64,000 bases of DNA from an uncultured Chloroflexia bacterium (GCA_963766735.1 CAVYBU010000019.1:65999-129998), one strand, 5' to 3'. Counted from the first letter of the stretch, positions 1 through 11,598 are shown. Numbers and translations: made by a program. Notes: a model not told the origin generated them from the letters alone.

Positions 1-33
1 GGGGTCGAGGACCTCGGCACCGAGAAGGCCTGA
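1..33 (+). CDS. 3' end of an upstream gene (partial), probably the ProV-type ATPase of the betaine ABC importer
   Basis: Frame-1 codons GVEDLGTEKA then TGA at 31-33, 1 nt before the permease GTG. Identity is inferred from operon context only. Confidence 0.4.
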   Translation, partial: GVEDLGTEKA

Positions 34-34
34 G

Positions 35-1999
35 GTGGCCGTCACGAGCGCAGCAGCGACAACCCGGCTCCGGACCGTACCCCGGTTCGCCTGGGCCCTG
101 GTGCTGGCGGCCGTCGTCGGGGTGCTCTACCTCCTCTTTGCGAACCAGTTCCTGCTCCCGCACGACAACGACGCCCCGCTGTTCGGGAGCATCCGCGACA
201 TCCGCGAGTGGATCGACACCAACCGGAACTCGAACGTCATCCTGTCCGTGCTGGTGACCGGCGTCCGGGTGGGGGTCAGGGGCCTGTTCGACTTCTTCGA
301 CTTCGTCCTCAAGGCGATCAGCTGGCCTGCCCTGACCGTGATCGGCGCCGCCGTGGGGTTCGTCGTCGGCGGCTGGCGCCTCGCCCTTCTCATGGCCGCC
401 GGGTTCCTCGCGTTCGGGATCCTCGGATTCTGGGAGCGGAGCGTCGAGACGCTCGCCCTGACCCTGGCCGCGGTGTCGCTCTCGCTCCTGATCGGGATCC
501 CGCTCGGGATCGTCGCCGGCCGCAACGACCGGTTCATGGACGCCATCCGGCCGGTGCTCGACGTCATGCAGATCATGCCCACGTTCTCCTACCTGGCGCC
601 GATCGCACTGTTCTTCCTCATCGGGCCGGCGACGGCCGTGATCGCGACGCTGATCTACTCCATCCCGCCGGCCATCCGGATCACCGCCCTCGGCATCCGT
701 GGCGTCGCCCCGGCTTCCATGGAAGCGGCGACCTCGCTGGGGGCGACGAGACGCCAGCTCCTGACCAAGGTCCAGCTGCCGATGGCCAGGCGGACGATCA
801 TCCTGGGCGTCAACCAGGTGATCATGATGGCCCTCTCGATGGTCGTGATCACAGCCCTCGTCAACGCACCCGGGCTGGGCAAGGACATCATCCACGCCCT
901 GCAGCAGGCCGACGTCGGGCTGGCCCTCGAGGCCGGGCTTGCGGTCGTCGTGATGGCGATCATGCTCGACCGCCTGACGACCCAGGCGAGCGAGCGCCTC
1001 GATCCGGCCCGGGGCCGGGTGCGCACGCTGCTGGGGTCTGGGAAGCCGTGGATCCGCTGGGCGTTCGTGGCCGGCACGGTCGCGGCCATCGTCCTGGCCA
1101 CGGCCCTCGTCGGCAACGCGGACTTCCCGTCCGGGCTCCGCATCTCGTTCCGGGGTCCGGTCAACGACGCGGTCACATGGTTCGCATCCAGCTTCTACTT
1201 CGCGACCGACTGGATCAGGGACGCGGTGACATACACCCTGATCAACCCGATCGAGGGGTTCCTGGCCAGCTCGCCGTGGTGGCTCGTGGCGATCGTGGTC
1301 ATCGGCCTGGCGTTCATCCTCGCCGGGCGACGGCAGGCCGTGACGGCCGGGCTCTGCCTGGTTCTCATCCTGGCCCTCCAGGTGTGGGAGCACAGCATGA
1401 TCACCCTGGCCCAGGTCCTCCTCGCCACCGCGATCACGCTCAGCGCCGGGTTCGTGCTCGGGATCCTCTCGGCGCGAAGCGACCGGTTCTCGATGGCGCT
1501 GCGGCCGATCCTCGACGCGGCGCAGACAATGCCGGCCTTCGTCTACCTGATCCCGTCGCTCGCGCTCTTCGGGCCAACCCGCTTCACGGCCATCATCGCC
1601 GCCGTCGTCTACGCCGTGCCGCCCGTCATCCGCCTCGCGGAGGTCGGGATCCGCACGGTCCCGGCGACGATCCGGGAGGCTGCGGTGTCGGCCGGCGCAA
1701 CCCCCCGCCAGGTGCTGTGGAAGGTCGACCTGCCGCTGGCCCGTCCGGCGCTCATGGTTGCCATCAACCAGGGGATCATCATGGTCCTGGCGATGGTCGT
1801 CGTCGGCGGGCTGGTGGGCAGCGGCGGACTCGGCTTCGACGTGGTCAAGGGCTTCGTTCGCCAGGACTGGTTCGGCCAGGGGCTGGCGGCCGGGCTGGCG
1901 ATCGTGCTCCTGGGCATCCTGCTCGACCGCGTGACCCAGGGTGCCGGCATGCGGAGCGCCAACCGGATCGAAGGAGCGCTGCCAAAAGCCGCTGCATGA
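35..1999 (+). CDS. proW: Glycine betaine/proline ABC transporter permease with two fused ProW-type domains
   Basis: Hydrophobic 654 aa with two ProW repeats (RPVLDVMQIMPTFSYL and RPILDAAQTMPAFVYL) and two EAA loops (EAATSLGAT, EAAVSAGAT). Confidence 0.9.
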   Translation: MAVTSAAATTRLRTVPRFAWALVLAAVVGVLYLLFANQFLLPHDNDAPLFGSIRDIREWIDTNRNSNVILSVLVTGVRVGVRGLFDFFDFVLKAISWPALTVIGAAVGFVVGGWRLALLMAAGFLAFGILGFWERSVETLALTLAAVSLSLLIGIPLGIVAGRNDRFMDAIRPVLDVMQIMPTFSYLAPIALFFLIGPATAVIATLIYSIPPAIRITALGIRGVAPASMEAATSLGATRRQLLTKVQLPMARRTIILGVNQVIMMALSMVVITALVNAPGLGKDIIHALQQADVGLALEAGLAVVVMAIMLDRLTTQASERLDPARGRVRTLLGSGKPWIRWAFVAGTVAAIVLATALVGNADFPSGLRISFRGPVNDAVTWFASSFYFATDWIRDAVTYTLINPIEGFLASSPWWLVAIVVIGLAFILAGRRQAVTAGLCLVLILALQVWEHSMITLAQVLLATAITLSAGFVLGILSARSDRFSMALRPILDAAQTMPAFVYLIPSLALFGPTRFTAIIAAVVYAVPPVIRLAEVGIRTVPATIREAAVSAGATPRQVLWKVDLPLARPALMVAINQGIIMVLAMVVVGGLVGSGGLGFDVVKGFVRQDWFGQGLAAGLAIVLLGILLDRVTQGAGMRSANRIEGALPKAAA

Positions 2000-2093
2000 G
2001 TTGGCCGTGGGGTGCATCCTTCCCGGATTGCCCGACGATTCAGGCATAGGCGCAGACGCGGGTCCGCGCCGATCCATTGGAGGAGGAGAGCCA

Positions 2094-3041
2094 GTGAAGT
2101 TCGCAACAGCACGATCCCGCCTGGTGGTCGCCATGGTCGCGCTCGGCGTGATCGCGGCGGCATGCGGAGGGTCTTCCGACGGAGGATCCGGGGAGAGCAA
2201 GGGGACGGTGAACATCGCCGTCAACCCGTGGGTCGGCTATCGCGCCGATGCCGCTGTGGTGGCCTACCTGCTCGAGAACGAGATGGGCTACACGGTCAAG
2301 CTGTCCGATCTCGCGGAGGACGTCTCCTGGGCGGGCTTCGAGAACGGGGCGGTGGACGTCATCCTCGAGAACTGGGGCCACCCCGACTTCGAGGCGAAGT
2401 ACATCGACGAGCTGCAGGTTGCCATGGACGCTGGCTCGACCGGCAACGAGGGCGTCATCTTCTGGGGCGTGCCGAAGTGGATGGTCGACCAGTACCCCGA
2501 CATCACGGAGTACAGCAACCTGAACAAGTACGCGGAGCTGTTCAAGACCTCCGAGTCCGGTGACCTCGGCCAGTTCCTGGGGACTGACCCGTCGTACCTC
2601 CAGTACGACGAGGCGCTCGTCAAGAACCTGGGCCTGGACTTCAAGGTCATCTTCTCCGGCAGCGAGACGGCGACGGTGCAGGCGATCAAGACCGCCGACG
2701 AGCAGAAGAAGCCGCTCCTGATGTACTGGTGGGACCCCCACTGGCTGAACTCCCAGGTCGACATCGTCAAGGTCAACCTGCCGCCCTACACCGAGGGCTG
2801 CGACGCGGACACCGAGAAGGTCGCCTGCGACTACCCGGTCACCGACCTCAACAAGATCATCGGGACCAAGTTCAACAACGAGGGCGGCGACGCGGCGACG
2901 TTCATCAAGAACTTCAAGTGGACCAACGCGGACCAGAACTCGGTCGCCAACGACATCACGAACAACGGCATGACCGACGCAGAGGCTGCCAAGAAGTGGG
3001 TTGACGCCAACCCCGACACCTGGAAGGCCTGGATTCCCTGA
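2094..3041 (+). CDS. proX: Glycine betaine/choline ABC substrate-binding lipoprotein (ProX/OpuAC family)
   Basis: GTG 2094 follows SD GGAGGAG. Lipobox IAAAC, plus NPWVG, ILENW and YWWDPHW motifs. The ORF-track start at 1941 is too far upstream. Confidence 0.88.
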   Translation: MKFATARSRLVVAMVALGVIAAACGGSSDGGSGESKGTVNIAVNPWVGYRADAAVVAYLLENEMGYTVKLSDLAEDVSWAGFENGAVDVILENWGHPDFEAKYIDELQVAMDAGSTGNEGVIFWGVPKWMVDQYPDITEYSNLNKYAELFKTSESGDLGQFLGTDPSYLQYDEALVKNLGLDFKVIFSGSETATVQAIKTADEQKKPLLMYWWDPHWLNSQVDIVKVNLPPYTEGCDADTEKVACDYPVTDLNKIIGTKFNNEGGDAATFIKNFKWTNADQNSVANDITNNGMTDAEAAKKWVDANPDTWKAWIP

Positions 3042-3057
3042 CCCCACGCCAACCGAT

Positions 3058-3097
3058 GGCCCGGGCCCGCTTCGGCGGCCCGGGCCGTTTCTCGTTT
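3058..3097 (+). terminator. Intrinsic terminator after the betaine ABC operon
   Basis: GC stem GGCCCGGGCCCGC-TTCG-GCGGCCCGGGCC (one bulge) followed by GTTTCTCGTTT. Confidence 0.75.
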
Positions 3098-3174
3098 CGG
3101 GCGGGATTTCGCGGCGAACACGGCGGGGGCGAAGGACACGGCCGCATGGAGGCCCGCGGCGCGACCACGTGCGC

Positions 3175-3189
3175 TGCTAGCATCGTTCC
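3175..3189 (+). promoter_or_regulatory. Extended -10 promoter, probable leaderless betA transcript
   Basis: TGc-TAGCAT (TAGCAT at 3178-3183) lies 6 nt before ATG 3190, with no SD in between. Confidence 0.5.
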
Positions 3190-4848
3190 ATGAGCAGTAC
3201 GAAGCACGACTTCATCATCATCGGCGGCGGCTCCGCCGGCAGCGTGCTGGCCAACAGGCTGAGCGCGGCACCAGCCAACCGCGTCCTGGTCCTCGAGGCG
3301 GGTCGCCCCGACTACCGGTGGGACGCCTTCGTGCAGATGCCGGCGGCGCTCACCTTCCCGATCGGCAGCAAGTACTACGACTGGAAATACGAGTCGGAGC
3401 CCGAGCCGTTCATGAACGGCCGCCGGATCTACCACGCCCGCGGCAAGATCCTGGGCGGCTCATCCAGCATCAACGGCATGATCTTCCAGCGCGGCAACCC
3501 GATGGACTACGAGCGCTGGGCCGGCGACCCGGGCATGGAGACCTGGGACCACGCCCACTGCCTGCCGTACTTCCGCCGCATGGAGAGCTGCATGGCGGCG
3601 GATCTCGACGATCCGTTCCGGGGTCACGCGGGGCCTCTGGTCCTTGAGCGTGGCCCGGCCACCAACCCGCTGTTCGGCGCCTTCTTCGAGGCGGTCAAGC
3701 AGGCCGGCTACCAGCTGACGGACGACGTCAACGGCTACCGCCAGGAGGGCTTCGCGCCGTTCGACCGGAACATCCAGAACGGCCGTCGCCTGAGCGCCTC
3801 GCGGGCCTACCTGCACCCGGTGATGGGCCGCCCGAACCTGGAGGTCCGCACCCGCGCGTTCGTCACCCGGATCCTGTTCGAGGGCAAGCGAGCGACGGGC
3901 GTCGAGTACACGACCGCCAAGGGCAAGGTCCACCGGGTCCACGGCGGGACCATCGTGCTGGCCGGCGGGGCGATCAACTCGCCGCAGCTCCTCCAGCTGT
4001 CCGGGGTCGGCAACGCGGATGAGCTCAAGGCGCTCGGCATCAACCCCGTCCACGACCTTCCCGGCGTCGGCGAGCACCTCCAGGACCACCTCGAGGTCTA
4101 CGTCCAGTACGGCTCCAAGCTTCCGGTGTCGATGCAGCCCTCCCTGCAGAAGTGGCGCCGGCCCTTCATCGGCGCCCAGTGGCTGTTCCTGCGCTCGGGT
4201 CCCGGCGCCACCAACCACTTCGAGGGCGGCGGCTTCGCACGCAGCAACGACGAGGTCGCCTACCCCAACCTCATGTTCCACTTCCTGCCGCTCGCCATCC
4301 GCTACGACGGATCGGCGCCGGCCGGCGACCACGGCTACCAGGTCCACATCGGCCCGATGTACTCGGACGCCCGCGGCTCGGTGAAGATCACGAGCACGGA
4401 CCCCACCGTGCACCCGGCGCTGCGGTTCAACTACCTGTCCACCGAGCAGGATCGCCGCGAATGGGTGGAGGCCATCCACGTCGCCCGCAACATCCTGGGC
4501 CAGAAGGCGTTCGAGCCGTTCAACGCCGGCGAGGTCTCGCCGGGGCCGTCGGTCACCACGGATGCGGAGATCCTGGACTGGGTGGCTCGCGACGGCGAGA
4601 CCGCTCTCCACCCGTCCTGCAGCTGCCGGATGGGCACCGACGGAGAGTCGGTCGTGGACCCGCTCACGATGGGTGTGCACGGGGTCGAGGGTCTCAAGGT
4701 GGTGGACGCGTCGGCGATGCCGTACGTCACCAACGGCAACATCTACGCGCCGGTGATGATGCTGGCCGAGAAGGCCGCGGACCTGGTCCTGGGCGACACG
4801 CCGCTGGCGCCCGAGCCGGTCGAGTTCTACCGGCACCAGCCCGCCTGA
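3190..4848 (+). CDS. betA: Choline dehydrogenase (GMC oxidoreductase)
   Basis: GGGSAG FAD motif, [37 protein letters not shown] and [18 protein letters not shown], next to a betaine importer. Confidence 0.92.
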   Translation: MSSTKHDFIIIGGGSAGSVLANRLSAAPANRVLVLEAGRPDYRWDAFVQMPAALTFPIGSKYYDWKYESEPEPFMNGRRIYHARGKILGGSSSINGMIFQRGNPMDYERWAGDPGMETWDHAHCLPYFRRMESCMAADLDDPFRGHAGPLVLERGPATNPLFGAFFEAVKQAGYQLTDDVNGYRQEGFAPFDRNIQNGRRLSASRAYLHPVMGRPNLEVRTRAFVTRILFEGKRATGVEYTTAKGKVHRVHGGTIVLAGGAINSPQLLQLSGVGNADELKALGINPVHDLPGVGEHLQDHLEVYVQYGSKLPVSMQPSLQKWRRPFIGAQWLFLRSGPGATNHFEGGGFARSNDEVAYPNLMFHFLPLAIRYDGSAPAGDHGYQVHIGPMYSDARGSVKITSTDPTVHPALRFNYLSTEQDRREWVEAIHVARNILGQKAFEPFNAGEVSPGPSVTTDAEILDWVARDGETALHPSCSCRMGTDGESVVDPLTMGVHGVEGLKVVDASAMPYVTNGNIYAPVMMLAEKAADLVLGDTPLAPEPVEFYRHQPA

Positions 4849-4860
4849 CCGGAGGCAGGC

Positions 4861-5334
4861 TTGTCCGTGACGGCTGACGTGGACCAGGCTCGACGGAGGC
4901 TGCTCGCGCGCCTGGCTGCCGGCCCGTCCCGGGTGGCCTCAGCGACCCAGCGGGTGGCAGCGGCCGAGGCGGGTGCGGGTGCGCCTCCCGGAGAGTGGAC
5001 GGCCCGCGAGGTCGTGGCGCACCTGGCGGCCGTGGAGGCCGACGTGTTCCAGGCGCGTCTGGACCAGCTGGCGTCTGAAGCGGCTCCCGTGTGGGCGTGG
5101 ACCGAGCCGGGTCCGCTCGACACCGCGGAAACCGCGACGCTGGACGGCGCCCTCGAGACATTCGCCGCGCGGCGGTCCGGGACCCTGGCCCGCGTCACCG
5201 GCCTGGATGAGGCCGGCTGGTCACGGACCGGCACGCACGCGACCTATGGCCGGCTCGACGTCGCTGGCCTGCTGGGCGTCATCGTGGATCACGATGACGA
5301 GCACCTCTCCGCCCTCAAGGCACGCGCCGGCTGA
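4861..5334 (+). CDS. DinB family (DinB_2) protein
   Basis: EWTAREVVAHL ... HATYG ... DHDDEHL His-triad pattern; SD GGAGG at 4851. Confidence 0.75.
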   Translation: MSVTADVDQARRRLLARLAAGPSRVASATQRVAAAEAGAGAPPGEWTAREVVAHLAAVEADVFQARLDQLASEAAPVWAWTEPGPLDTAETATLDGALETFAARRSGTLARVTGLDEAGWSRTGTHATYGRLDVAGLLGVIVDHDDEHLSALKARAG

Positions 5335-5448
5335 GCAGCGGGCCGGGACGCGGGGGCGCATGCGCCCCGCGCATACTCGGCGCAGGACAGCGTCCGGGGC
5401 GCCGGGCCCCGGGGCACTGCGGGTGGTCACGAACTCGGGAGGTGGGTC

Positions 5449-6606
5449 ATGGCAACCGAACAGGAAGTGATCAGGCGCCAGACGATCCTCCGCCCCGACC
5501 GCTTCGACCTGGACGGCCACACGGCGACGATGAAGGCGGTCGTGACCGTGGGCAACGGCGGCGTGGACAAGCTCGTCTACCGCGATGTCCCCCGGCCGGT
5601 GCCGGGTCCCGGCGAGGTCCTGTTGCAGGTGCTGGCCGCAGGCGTCAACAACACCGAGATCAACACGCGCCTGGGCTGGTACTCATCGACGGTCACGGCC
5701 GACACGCGGGCAGCCGCGGAATCCGAGGAGCGGGAGGCACGCGCCAAGGACGACGGCGGCTGGAGCGCGCCGACGCCGTTCCCCTTCATCCAGGGCACGG
5801 ACTGCTGCGGACGGGTCGTCGAGGTTGGAGCCGGGGGTGACGAGTCGATCATCGGCCGTCGCGTGCTCGTCCGTCCCTGCATGCGGCCGGCCGGGTTCGT
5901 CTCCCTGGAGAACATCTGGATGGCCTCGGACTTCGACGGCGCGTTCGCCCAGTTCGTGAAGGTGCCTGCGTCCGAGGTGTTCACCGTCGACTGCGACTGG
6001 AGCGACGTGGAGCTGGGCTCGATCCCGTGCGCCTGGGGGACCGCCGAGAACATGCTCCACCGGGCGGGCGTGCGCGATGGACACCACGTGGTCGTGACGG
6101 GCGCCTCGGGTGGCGTGGGCTCGGCCGCCGTGCAGCTCGCGAAGCGGCGCGGTGCGACGGTGACGGCAATTGCGGCGAGTGCGAAGGCGGACCGGGTGCT
6201 GGGCATCGGTGCCGACCGCGTGGTCGCCCGCGACGACGACATCGCAGGCGTCCTGGGGACGGAGTCCGTGGACGTCGTGATCGACAACGTGTCCGGGCCG
6301 GGCTTCGGGAACCTGCTCGACGTCCTGCGGACAGGTGGCAGGTACGCGTCGTCGGGGGCCATCGCGGGACCGCTGGTCGCGTTCGACAAGCGAACCTTCT
6401 ATCTCCGGGACCTGACGCTCATCGGCTGCACGGCATGGGACGAGCCAGTGTTCCCGGCTCTCGTCTCCTACATCGAGCGCAGCGAGATCAGGCCGCTGGT
6501 CGCGAAGACCTTCCCGCTCGAGCGCATCGCGGACGCCCAGCGGGAGTTCCTCGAGAAGCGGCACGTCGGCAACTTCGTCCTGGTCCCGCCACCCGTCGCG
6601 GGCTGA
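5449..6606 (+). CDS. MDR-family alcohol dehydrogenase / quinone oxidoreductase-like protein
   Basis: GroES-like N-terminus (PGPGEVLLQVLAAGVN) and Rossmann motif TGASGGVG; SD GGAGG. Confidence 0.85.
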   Translation: MATEQEVIRRQTILRPDRFDLDGHTATMKAVVTVGNGGVDKLVYRDVPRPVPGPGEVLLQVLAAGVNNTEINTRLGWYSSTVTADTRAAAESEEREARAKDDGGWSAPTPFPFIQGTDCCGRVVEVGAGGDESIIGRRVLVRPCMRPAGFVSLENIWMASDFDGAFAQFVKVPASEVFTVDCDWSDVELGSIPCAWGTAENMLHRAGVRDGHHVVVTGASGGVGSAAVQLAKRRGATVTAIAASAKADRVLGIGADRVVARDDDIAGVLGTESVDVVIDNVSGPGFGNLLDVLRTGGRYASSGAIAGPLVAFDKRTFYLRDLTLIGCTAWDEPVFPALVSYIERSEIRPLVAKTFPLERIADAQREFLEKRHVGNFVLVPPPVAG

Positions 6607-6609
6607 AAC

Positions 6610-9124
6610 TCAGGCCCGCATCCGCTCGTTGTCCGGGTCGAAGAGCGGCGTCGACCCGACCACGGCGACCGTCACCGGGTAGCGCTCGCCCAGGTACTGC
6701 ACCGCGAGCCCGGTTCCCTCGACCGCCAGCTCCACGGGCAGGTACGCCATCAGGAGGTACCTGCCCAACGACGGAGCGTGACCCGCGCTGGTCACGTACG
6801 AACGTCGGCCACGGGCGTCCTCGACGGGGCGCCCATCTCGCGTGAGGATGGGCTCCCGGCCCAGCATGTAGCGCGCGACCCCTGAGGCCGACGTGTGGTC
6901 GTCCACCGTGAGCGTGCACAGGAGCGCGGTCGGCGGCTCCGAGCGCTGGCGGAGGTACGCCGCCTTGCCGATGAAGTCCGCCTCCTTGACCTTCGGGCGC
7001 GTGAGGCCGGCCTCGACGAGCGAGTGGTCGAGGTCCAGCTCCGCCCCGTAGGCGCGGTAGCCCTTCTCCAGGCGGCCGCTCGAGAAGAGCACGCCCATCC
7101 CGACCGGGATGGCGCCGAACGGCCGTCCCGCAGCCAGAAGCACGTCCCACAGGTGCGCGCCGAGCTCGATCGGCGCGTAGAGCTCCCAGCCCAGCTCGCC
7201 CACGTAGGAGAGGCGGTTGGCGAGCACCGTGATGCCGCCGATGTCGAGGCTCCGGCAGGCGCCGAACGGGAACGCAGCGTTCGAGACGTCCGCGCTCGTG
7301 ACGGAGGCGAGGATGTCTCGCGCTCGAGGGCCCCACACGCCGACGGCCGTCCAGGCCGAGGTGACGTCCGTGAGCTGCGCGGTGCCGTCCTCCGGCAGCC
7401 GGTCCGTGAACCACTTCTTGTCGCGCATGCCCATCCCGCCGCCGGTGACGACGCGGTACAGGTCCCTTCCGACGTGCATCACAGTCAGGTCGGCGACGAT
7501 CCCGCCGTTCTCGTCGAGCAGCGGCGTGTAGACGGTGCGCCCGATCGGCGCCTCCACCCGATTGACGCACAGCCGCTCGAGGAAGGCGAGGCTGCCGGGG
7601 CCGCTCGACGTCGAAGATGGCGAACGTGGTCAGGTCAACGATCCCGGCGCGCTCGCGCAGGGCGAGGTGCTCCGCCAGGGTCACCGGCGACCACCAGCGC
7701 GCCTCCCACTCGGCGGGACGCACGGCGATCCTGTCCCCGTATGCCCCCACGAGCGGTGCGTTCGACTCGTACCACATCGGGCATTCCCAGCCCGCGATCT
7801 CGAAGAACACCGCGTCCAGATCCTGCTCCGCGCGGTACATCGGCGGCAGGCGGACACCGCGGTCGGATGCCCACTGCTCGGCCGGGTGGACGATGCCGTA
7901 GAACTTGTTGAAGGCCTCGCCCACGCGCGCGATCGAGTGGGACCACGTCCGCTGGTGCGGGTAGAAGCGGGCGATATCGGCGGCGTGGAGGTCGATCTCC
8001 AGGGGCAGCCCGCTCATCCAGCGCGCGACGTTCTCGCAGATCGCCGGTGCCTCCTTGATCCAGACCGCCGCCACCGACCACAGGCCGCCAACCTCGGGCG
8101 ACTCGCCCAGGACCGGGCTCCAGTCGGGCGTCACCGAGAGCAGGCCGTTGATCGCGTACTGCTGACCGACCCGCTCGTCGCCGAGGATCTCCGGGATCAG
8201 CTCCAGTGCGTCCTCGTACTGCGGGTCGAAGTCCTCCTTGGTGAACGGCAGCTCCGTGGGCGACAGGACAGACGCCTCGATCGAAGGGATCTCGTCGGGG
8301 TGGAGGAGGATCGGCCGGTGGGCGTAGGACCCGATCTCCAGCTGGCTCCCGTTCGGCCGCTCGTACATCAGGCTGTCCATGTCGCGCAGGATCGGGTAGG
8401 CCTGCTCGCCGGGAACGTCGGCGAAGCGCGGCACCGGACCGACGCTGATGAACTGGTGAACGGTCGGGACGAGCGGGATGTGCGCGCCGGCCATCGCGGC
8501 GATCCGCGGGCTCCAGACGCCGCACGCCACCACCACGGTGTCCGTCTCGATGGTGTCCTCCATCGTGTGGACCGCCGCCACGCGCCCGTCTGCCACGTCG
8601 ATGCCCGTGACCTCGGTCCGTGCCCTGATCGACAGGGCGCCCATCTCCACGGCGGCCTCGCGCATGAGCGTGCCCGCCCGGAGCGAGTCCACGACGCCGG
8701 CACTGGGCGTGTACCAGCCGCCGAGGATCACCGTCTCGTCGAGATAGGGAACGATCTCCTTGACGCGGGCGGGCGCCAGCAGCTCCGACTCGATCCCCCA
8801 TGACGTCGCCAGGCCCTGCCGTCGGGCCAGCTCGGCCATCCGCTCGGGCGTCCGGGCCACCTCCATCCCGCCACACCTGGTGAACACGCCGAGCTCGATG
8901 AACTGGCGGATCGAATTGACGGTGAGCGTCGATTCCTCCTTCGTTCCGTCAACCGGGAAGCAGAAGTTGGAGGCGTGGCCGGTGGAGCCGCCCGGGTTGG
9001 GCAGCGGGCCCTTGTCCACCAGCACAAGGTCCCGCCAGCCGAGCTTCGCGAGGTGCCAGGCCATGGCGTTGCCGACGATCCCGGCGCCGATGATGACGGC
9101 TCGTGCGCGTGTGACTGAGCCCAT
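6610..9124 (-). CDS. FAD-dependent oxidoreductase with GcvT domain (dimethylglycine oxidase-like), copy 1; one frameshift near 7607
   Basis: ATG 9124, IIGAGIVG, GGSTGHASNF. The C-terminal part (ADLTV, LSYVGELGWELY, LFDPDNERMRA) is in another frame. Removing one base in GACGTCGAGCGGCCC restores DVSGPGSLAFLERL. Confidence 0.85.
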
Positions 9125-9287
9125 GCCTTGCCCCTCCGTACGTCCGGCGCGTCGCCCGGCAACGGCCGGCACGACCGCCTCGCTGCCCTTCGCCGAGGCT
9201 ACAGTATGGGCACCCTGCCGCCCGGGTCATCGTCCCATCCGACCCGCTCGCCCGGGGACCATCGTCACCGGTGTGAAGGGTTGCCCC

Positions 9288-10526
9288 ATGAAGGTCGTCG
9301 TCGTCGGAGCAGGGATCATCGGTCTGGCGACCGCGTACAACCTCGCGCGGCGTGGCTGCGAGGTGGTGATCGTCGCGGACCGGGCGCCCGGCAGCGGCGC
9401 CTCGTCCAACAACGCGGGCTGGGTCGTCCCGGCCGAGAGCGGACCCGTTCCCGGGCCGGGGATCATCCTCCAGACGATCCGCTCGATGACGAAGCCGGAC
9501 AGCCCCGTCTACGTCCGGCCGGCGGCGAGCCCGGGCTTCATCCGCTTCATGGCCGGCATGCTCCGCGCCTGCAACGCATCTGCGTACCAGCGGGCGTTCG
9601 AGGCGACCGCCCGGCTCGCGCAGGGGACCATGGAGGAGCTCGACGGGTGGGCCGCGGACGGCCTGTCGTTCGAGATGCACGCCGACGGCGAGGTGCGGGC
9701 CTATCTCGATCCCGAGGTGCACCGCCACGAAGCGGCCGATCTGCCCGCCTACGAGCGCGCCGGGTTCGAGGCCGCCTCCCTCACCGGCGACGAGGCTCGC
9801 ACGCTGGAACCGGAGCTGTCCGATGCCGTCGTGGGCGCGATCCGGTTCCCGAACGAGCGCCACGTCCGCCCGGCGACGGTCGTTGACGCGCTCGTGGCCC
9901 GGCTCGATGCCCTGGGTGCCTCGTGGATGAACGGGACCGTGACCGCGGCATGGGCGCTGCCCTCGGGCGGCGTGGAGCTGCGCGGCGGCTTTGGCACGAT
10001 GCGAGCGGACGCTGTCGTCGTCGCCGCTGGCGCCTGGAGCGCGCGTGTCGCCCGCCTGTTCGGAGCGTCGCTCCCGGTCCGCCCGGGCAAGGGCTACAGC
10101 GTCGACTACGTCCCGGGCCAGCTCGCGACGCGGTCCATCGTGATGCTTTCGGAGGCTCACTGCGCCGTCACCCCGCTGAACGGCGCGACGCGCGTCGCCG
10201 GCACCATGGAGTTCGGCGGGCTGGACGAGCGGATCTCGGCGGTCCGTCTCCGCGCGATCCGTCGGGCGCCGGGCGACTACTTCCGCGGCTGGGATCCGGA
10301 CGCGCCGACGCAGGCTCCCAGCGCCGGCCTGCGCCCGATGACACCCGACGGGATACCGGTCATCGGGCGCCTGCGGCCGTTCGATCACGTCTACGTGGCG
10401 AGCGGACACGCCATGCTCGGACTGACGCTTGCCCCGCGGACCGGCGCCCTGCTGGCCGGAATGATCCTGGACGGCGGCACCCCGGACGTGCTGCTCCCGT
10501 TCAGCCCTCGCCGGTTCGGAGCCTGA
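9288..10526 (+). CDS. D-amino acid dehydrogenase (DadA-like FAD oxidoreductase)
   Basis: MKVVVVGAGIIG, GASSNNAG, PGKGYS, GLRPMTPDG and SGHAMLGLTL. ATG 9288 is the likely start. Confidence 0.85.
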   Translation: MKVVVVGAGIIGLATAYNLARRGCEVVIVADRAPGSGASSNNAGWVVPAESGPVPGPGIILQTIRSMTKPDSPVYVRPAASPGFIRFMAGMLRACNASAYQRAFEATARLAQGTMEELDGWAADGLSFEMHADGEVRAYLDPEVHRHEAADLPAYERAGFEAASLTGDEARTLEPELSDAVVGAIRFPNERHVRPATVVDALVARLDALGASWMNGTVTAAWALPSGGVELRGGFGTMRADAVVVAAGAWSARVARLFGASLPVRPGKGYSVDYVPGQLATRSIVMLSEAHCAVTPLNGATRVAGTMEFGGLDERISAVRLRAIRRAPGDYFRGWDPDAPTQAPSAGLRPMTPDGIPVIGRLRPFDHVYVASGHAMLGLTLAPRTGALLAGMILDGGTPDVLLPFSPRRFGA

Positions 10527-11598
10527 CCCCCGGGCGAATCCGGCGCCTCGCCACCAGGTCGATCAGGCGGCCTTGGCGGCCTCGGTGGCCTTGGCCTCCC
10601 ACCTCGACTGGAGCCTGCGCCCCGATCTTCCGGACCCCGCCCGCGAACCCGCCCGGCGCGAAGATCATCACGATGATCAGGAGCAGGCCGTACAGCACGA
10701 GGTGGAGTCCTGGCAGGTTCGAGAACTGCGTGCGCAGGAGCTCGACCGCGATCGTCAGCGGGAAGGCGATGATCGCCGGCCCCCACAGGCTGCCGCGCCC
10801 GCCGATGTAGGCGACGGCAAGCACCTCGACCGTGTGCGAGGTGAGCATGATGTCCGGCGTGAGGATGCCGTAGTAGTGGGCGTAGAAGCCGCCCAGCCAG
10901 CCGGCGAACGCACACGAGAGCGTGAAGTTGATGACCAGGAAGCGAGTGGGGTTGATGCCCGAGGCGCGCGCGGACTGGAGGTTCTGCCCGATCGCCCTGA
11001 AGGCCAGCCCGAGGTCGGAACGGATGGCGACGGTGAGCACCGCGATCGTCACGAGCAGCATGCCCAGGATCACGTAGTAGTAGGGCAGGTTGTCCGACGT
11101 GTCGAGGAGCAGGGGCACGTTGAGTCCCAGCGATCCGCGGGTGATCTCGGTCAGGTTCCGGGCGAGGCCCATCAGCGCCAGGCCCACGAACCAGGTCATG
11201 ACCGCCGCGTAGATGCCCCGCAGCCGGAGCGTGAGCATGCCCGTGAGCAGGCCGACGAACCCGGCGATCGCGGCACCGGCGAAGAAGCCGATCCAGGGCG
11301 AGATCCCCAGATTTGCCGCGAGCAGGCCCGAGATATAGGCGCCGACGCCGACGAAGGCAGCGAAGCCGAAGTTCACGATGTTGATGTAGCCGGCCGTGAA
11401 GTCGAAGGCGACGGCCATGGCCGCCATGAACGCAGCCCCGATGAGCCATCGCTGGTACGCCTGGTCGTTGAACGGCGGGATCAGCGGCAGCGCGACGGCG
11501 ACGGCGACCACCGCGAGCGACGCGAGGCGGGACGTCCTGCGTGCACGCGCGCGGACCTGGTTGGAGACGGCCGCCGTGGTGGCGGCTTCAGTGGCCAC
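10501..11598 (-). CDS. livM: Liv-type ABC transporter permease (LivM); the true stop is probably 10563 after a homopolymer frameshift
   Basis: GYINIVNFGFAAF, LRLRGIY and GGRGSLWGP. Removing one C from the run at 10620-10623 gives the tail IGRRLQSRWEAKATEAAKAA* and removes the overlap with the convergent gene. Confidence 0.85.
   Translation of the reverse strand: MATEAATTAAVSNQVRARARRTSRLASLAVVAVAVALPLIPPFNDQAYQRWLIGAAFMAAMAVAFDFTAGYINIVNFGFAAFVGVGAYISGLLAANLGISPWIGFFAGAAIAGFVGLLTGMLTLRLRGIYAAVMTWFVGLALMGLARNLTEITRGSLGLNVPLLLDTSDNLPYYYVILGMLLVTIAVLTVAIRSDLGLAFRAIGQNLQSARASGINPTRFLVINFTLSCAFAGWLGGFYAHYYGILTPDIMLTSHTVEVLAVAYIGGRGSLWGPAIIAFPLTIAVELLRTQFSNLPGLHLVLYGLLLIIVMIFAPGGFAGGVRKIGAQAPVEVGGQGHRGRQGRLIDLVARRRIRPGVRLRTGEG

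Noticed and set aside
7595-7620. Programmed ribosomal frameshift in GcvT copy 1 (and copy 6)
   Set aside because: There is no slippery heptamer, and the two paralogs break at different positions. A sequencing indel is the simpler explanation.
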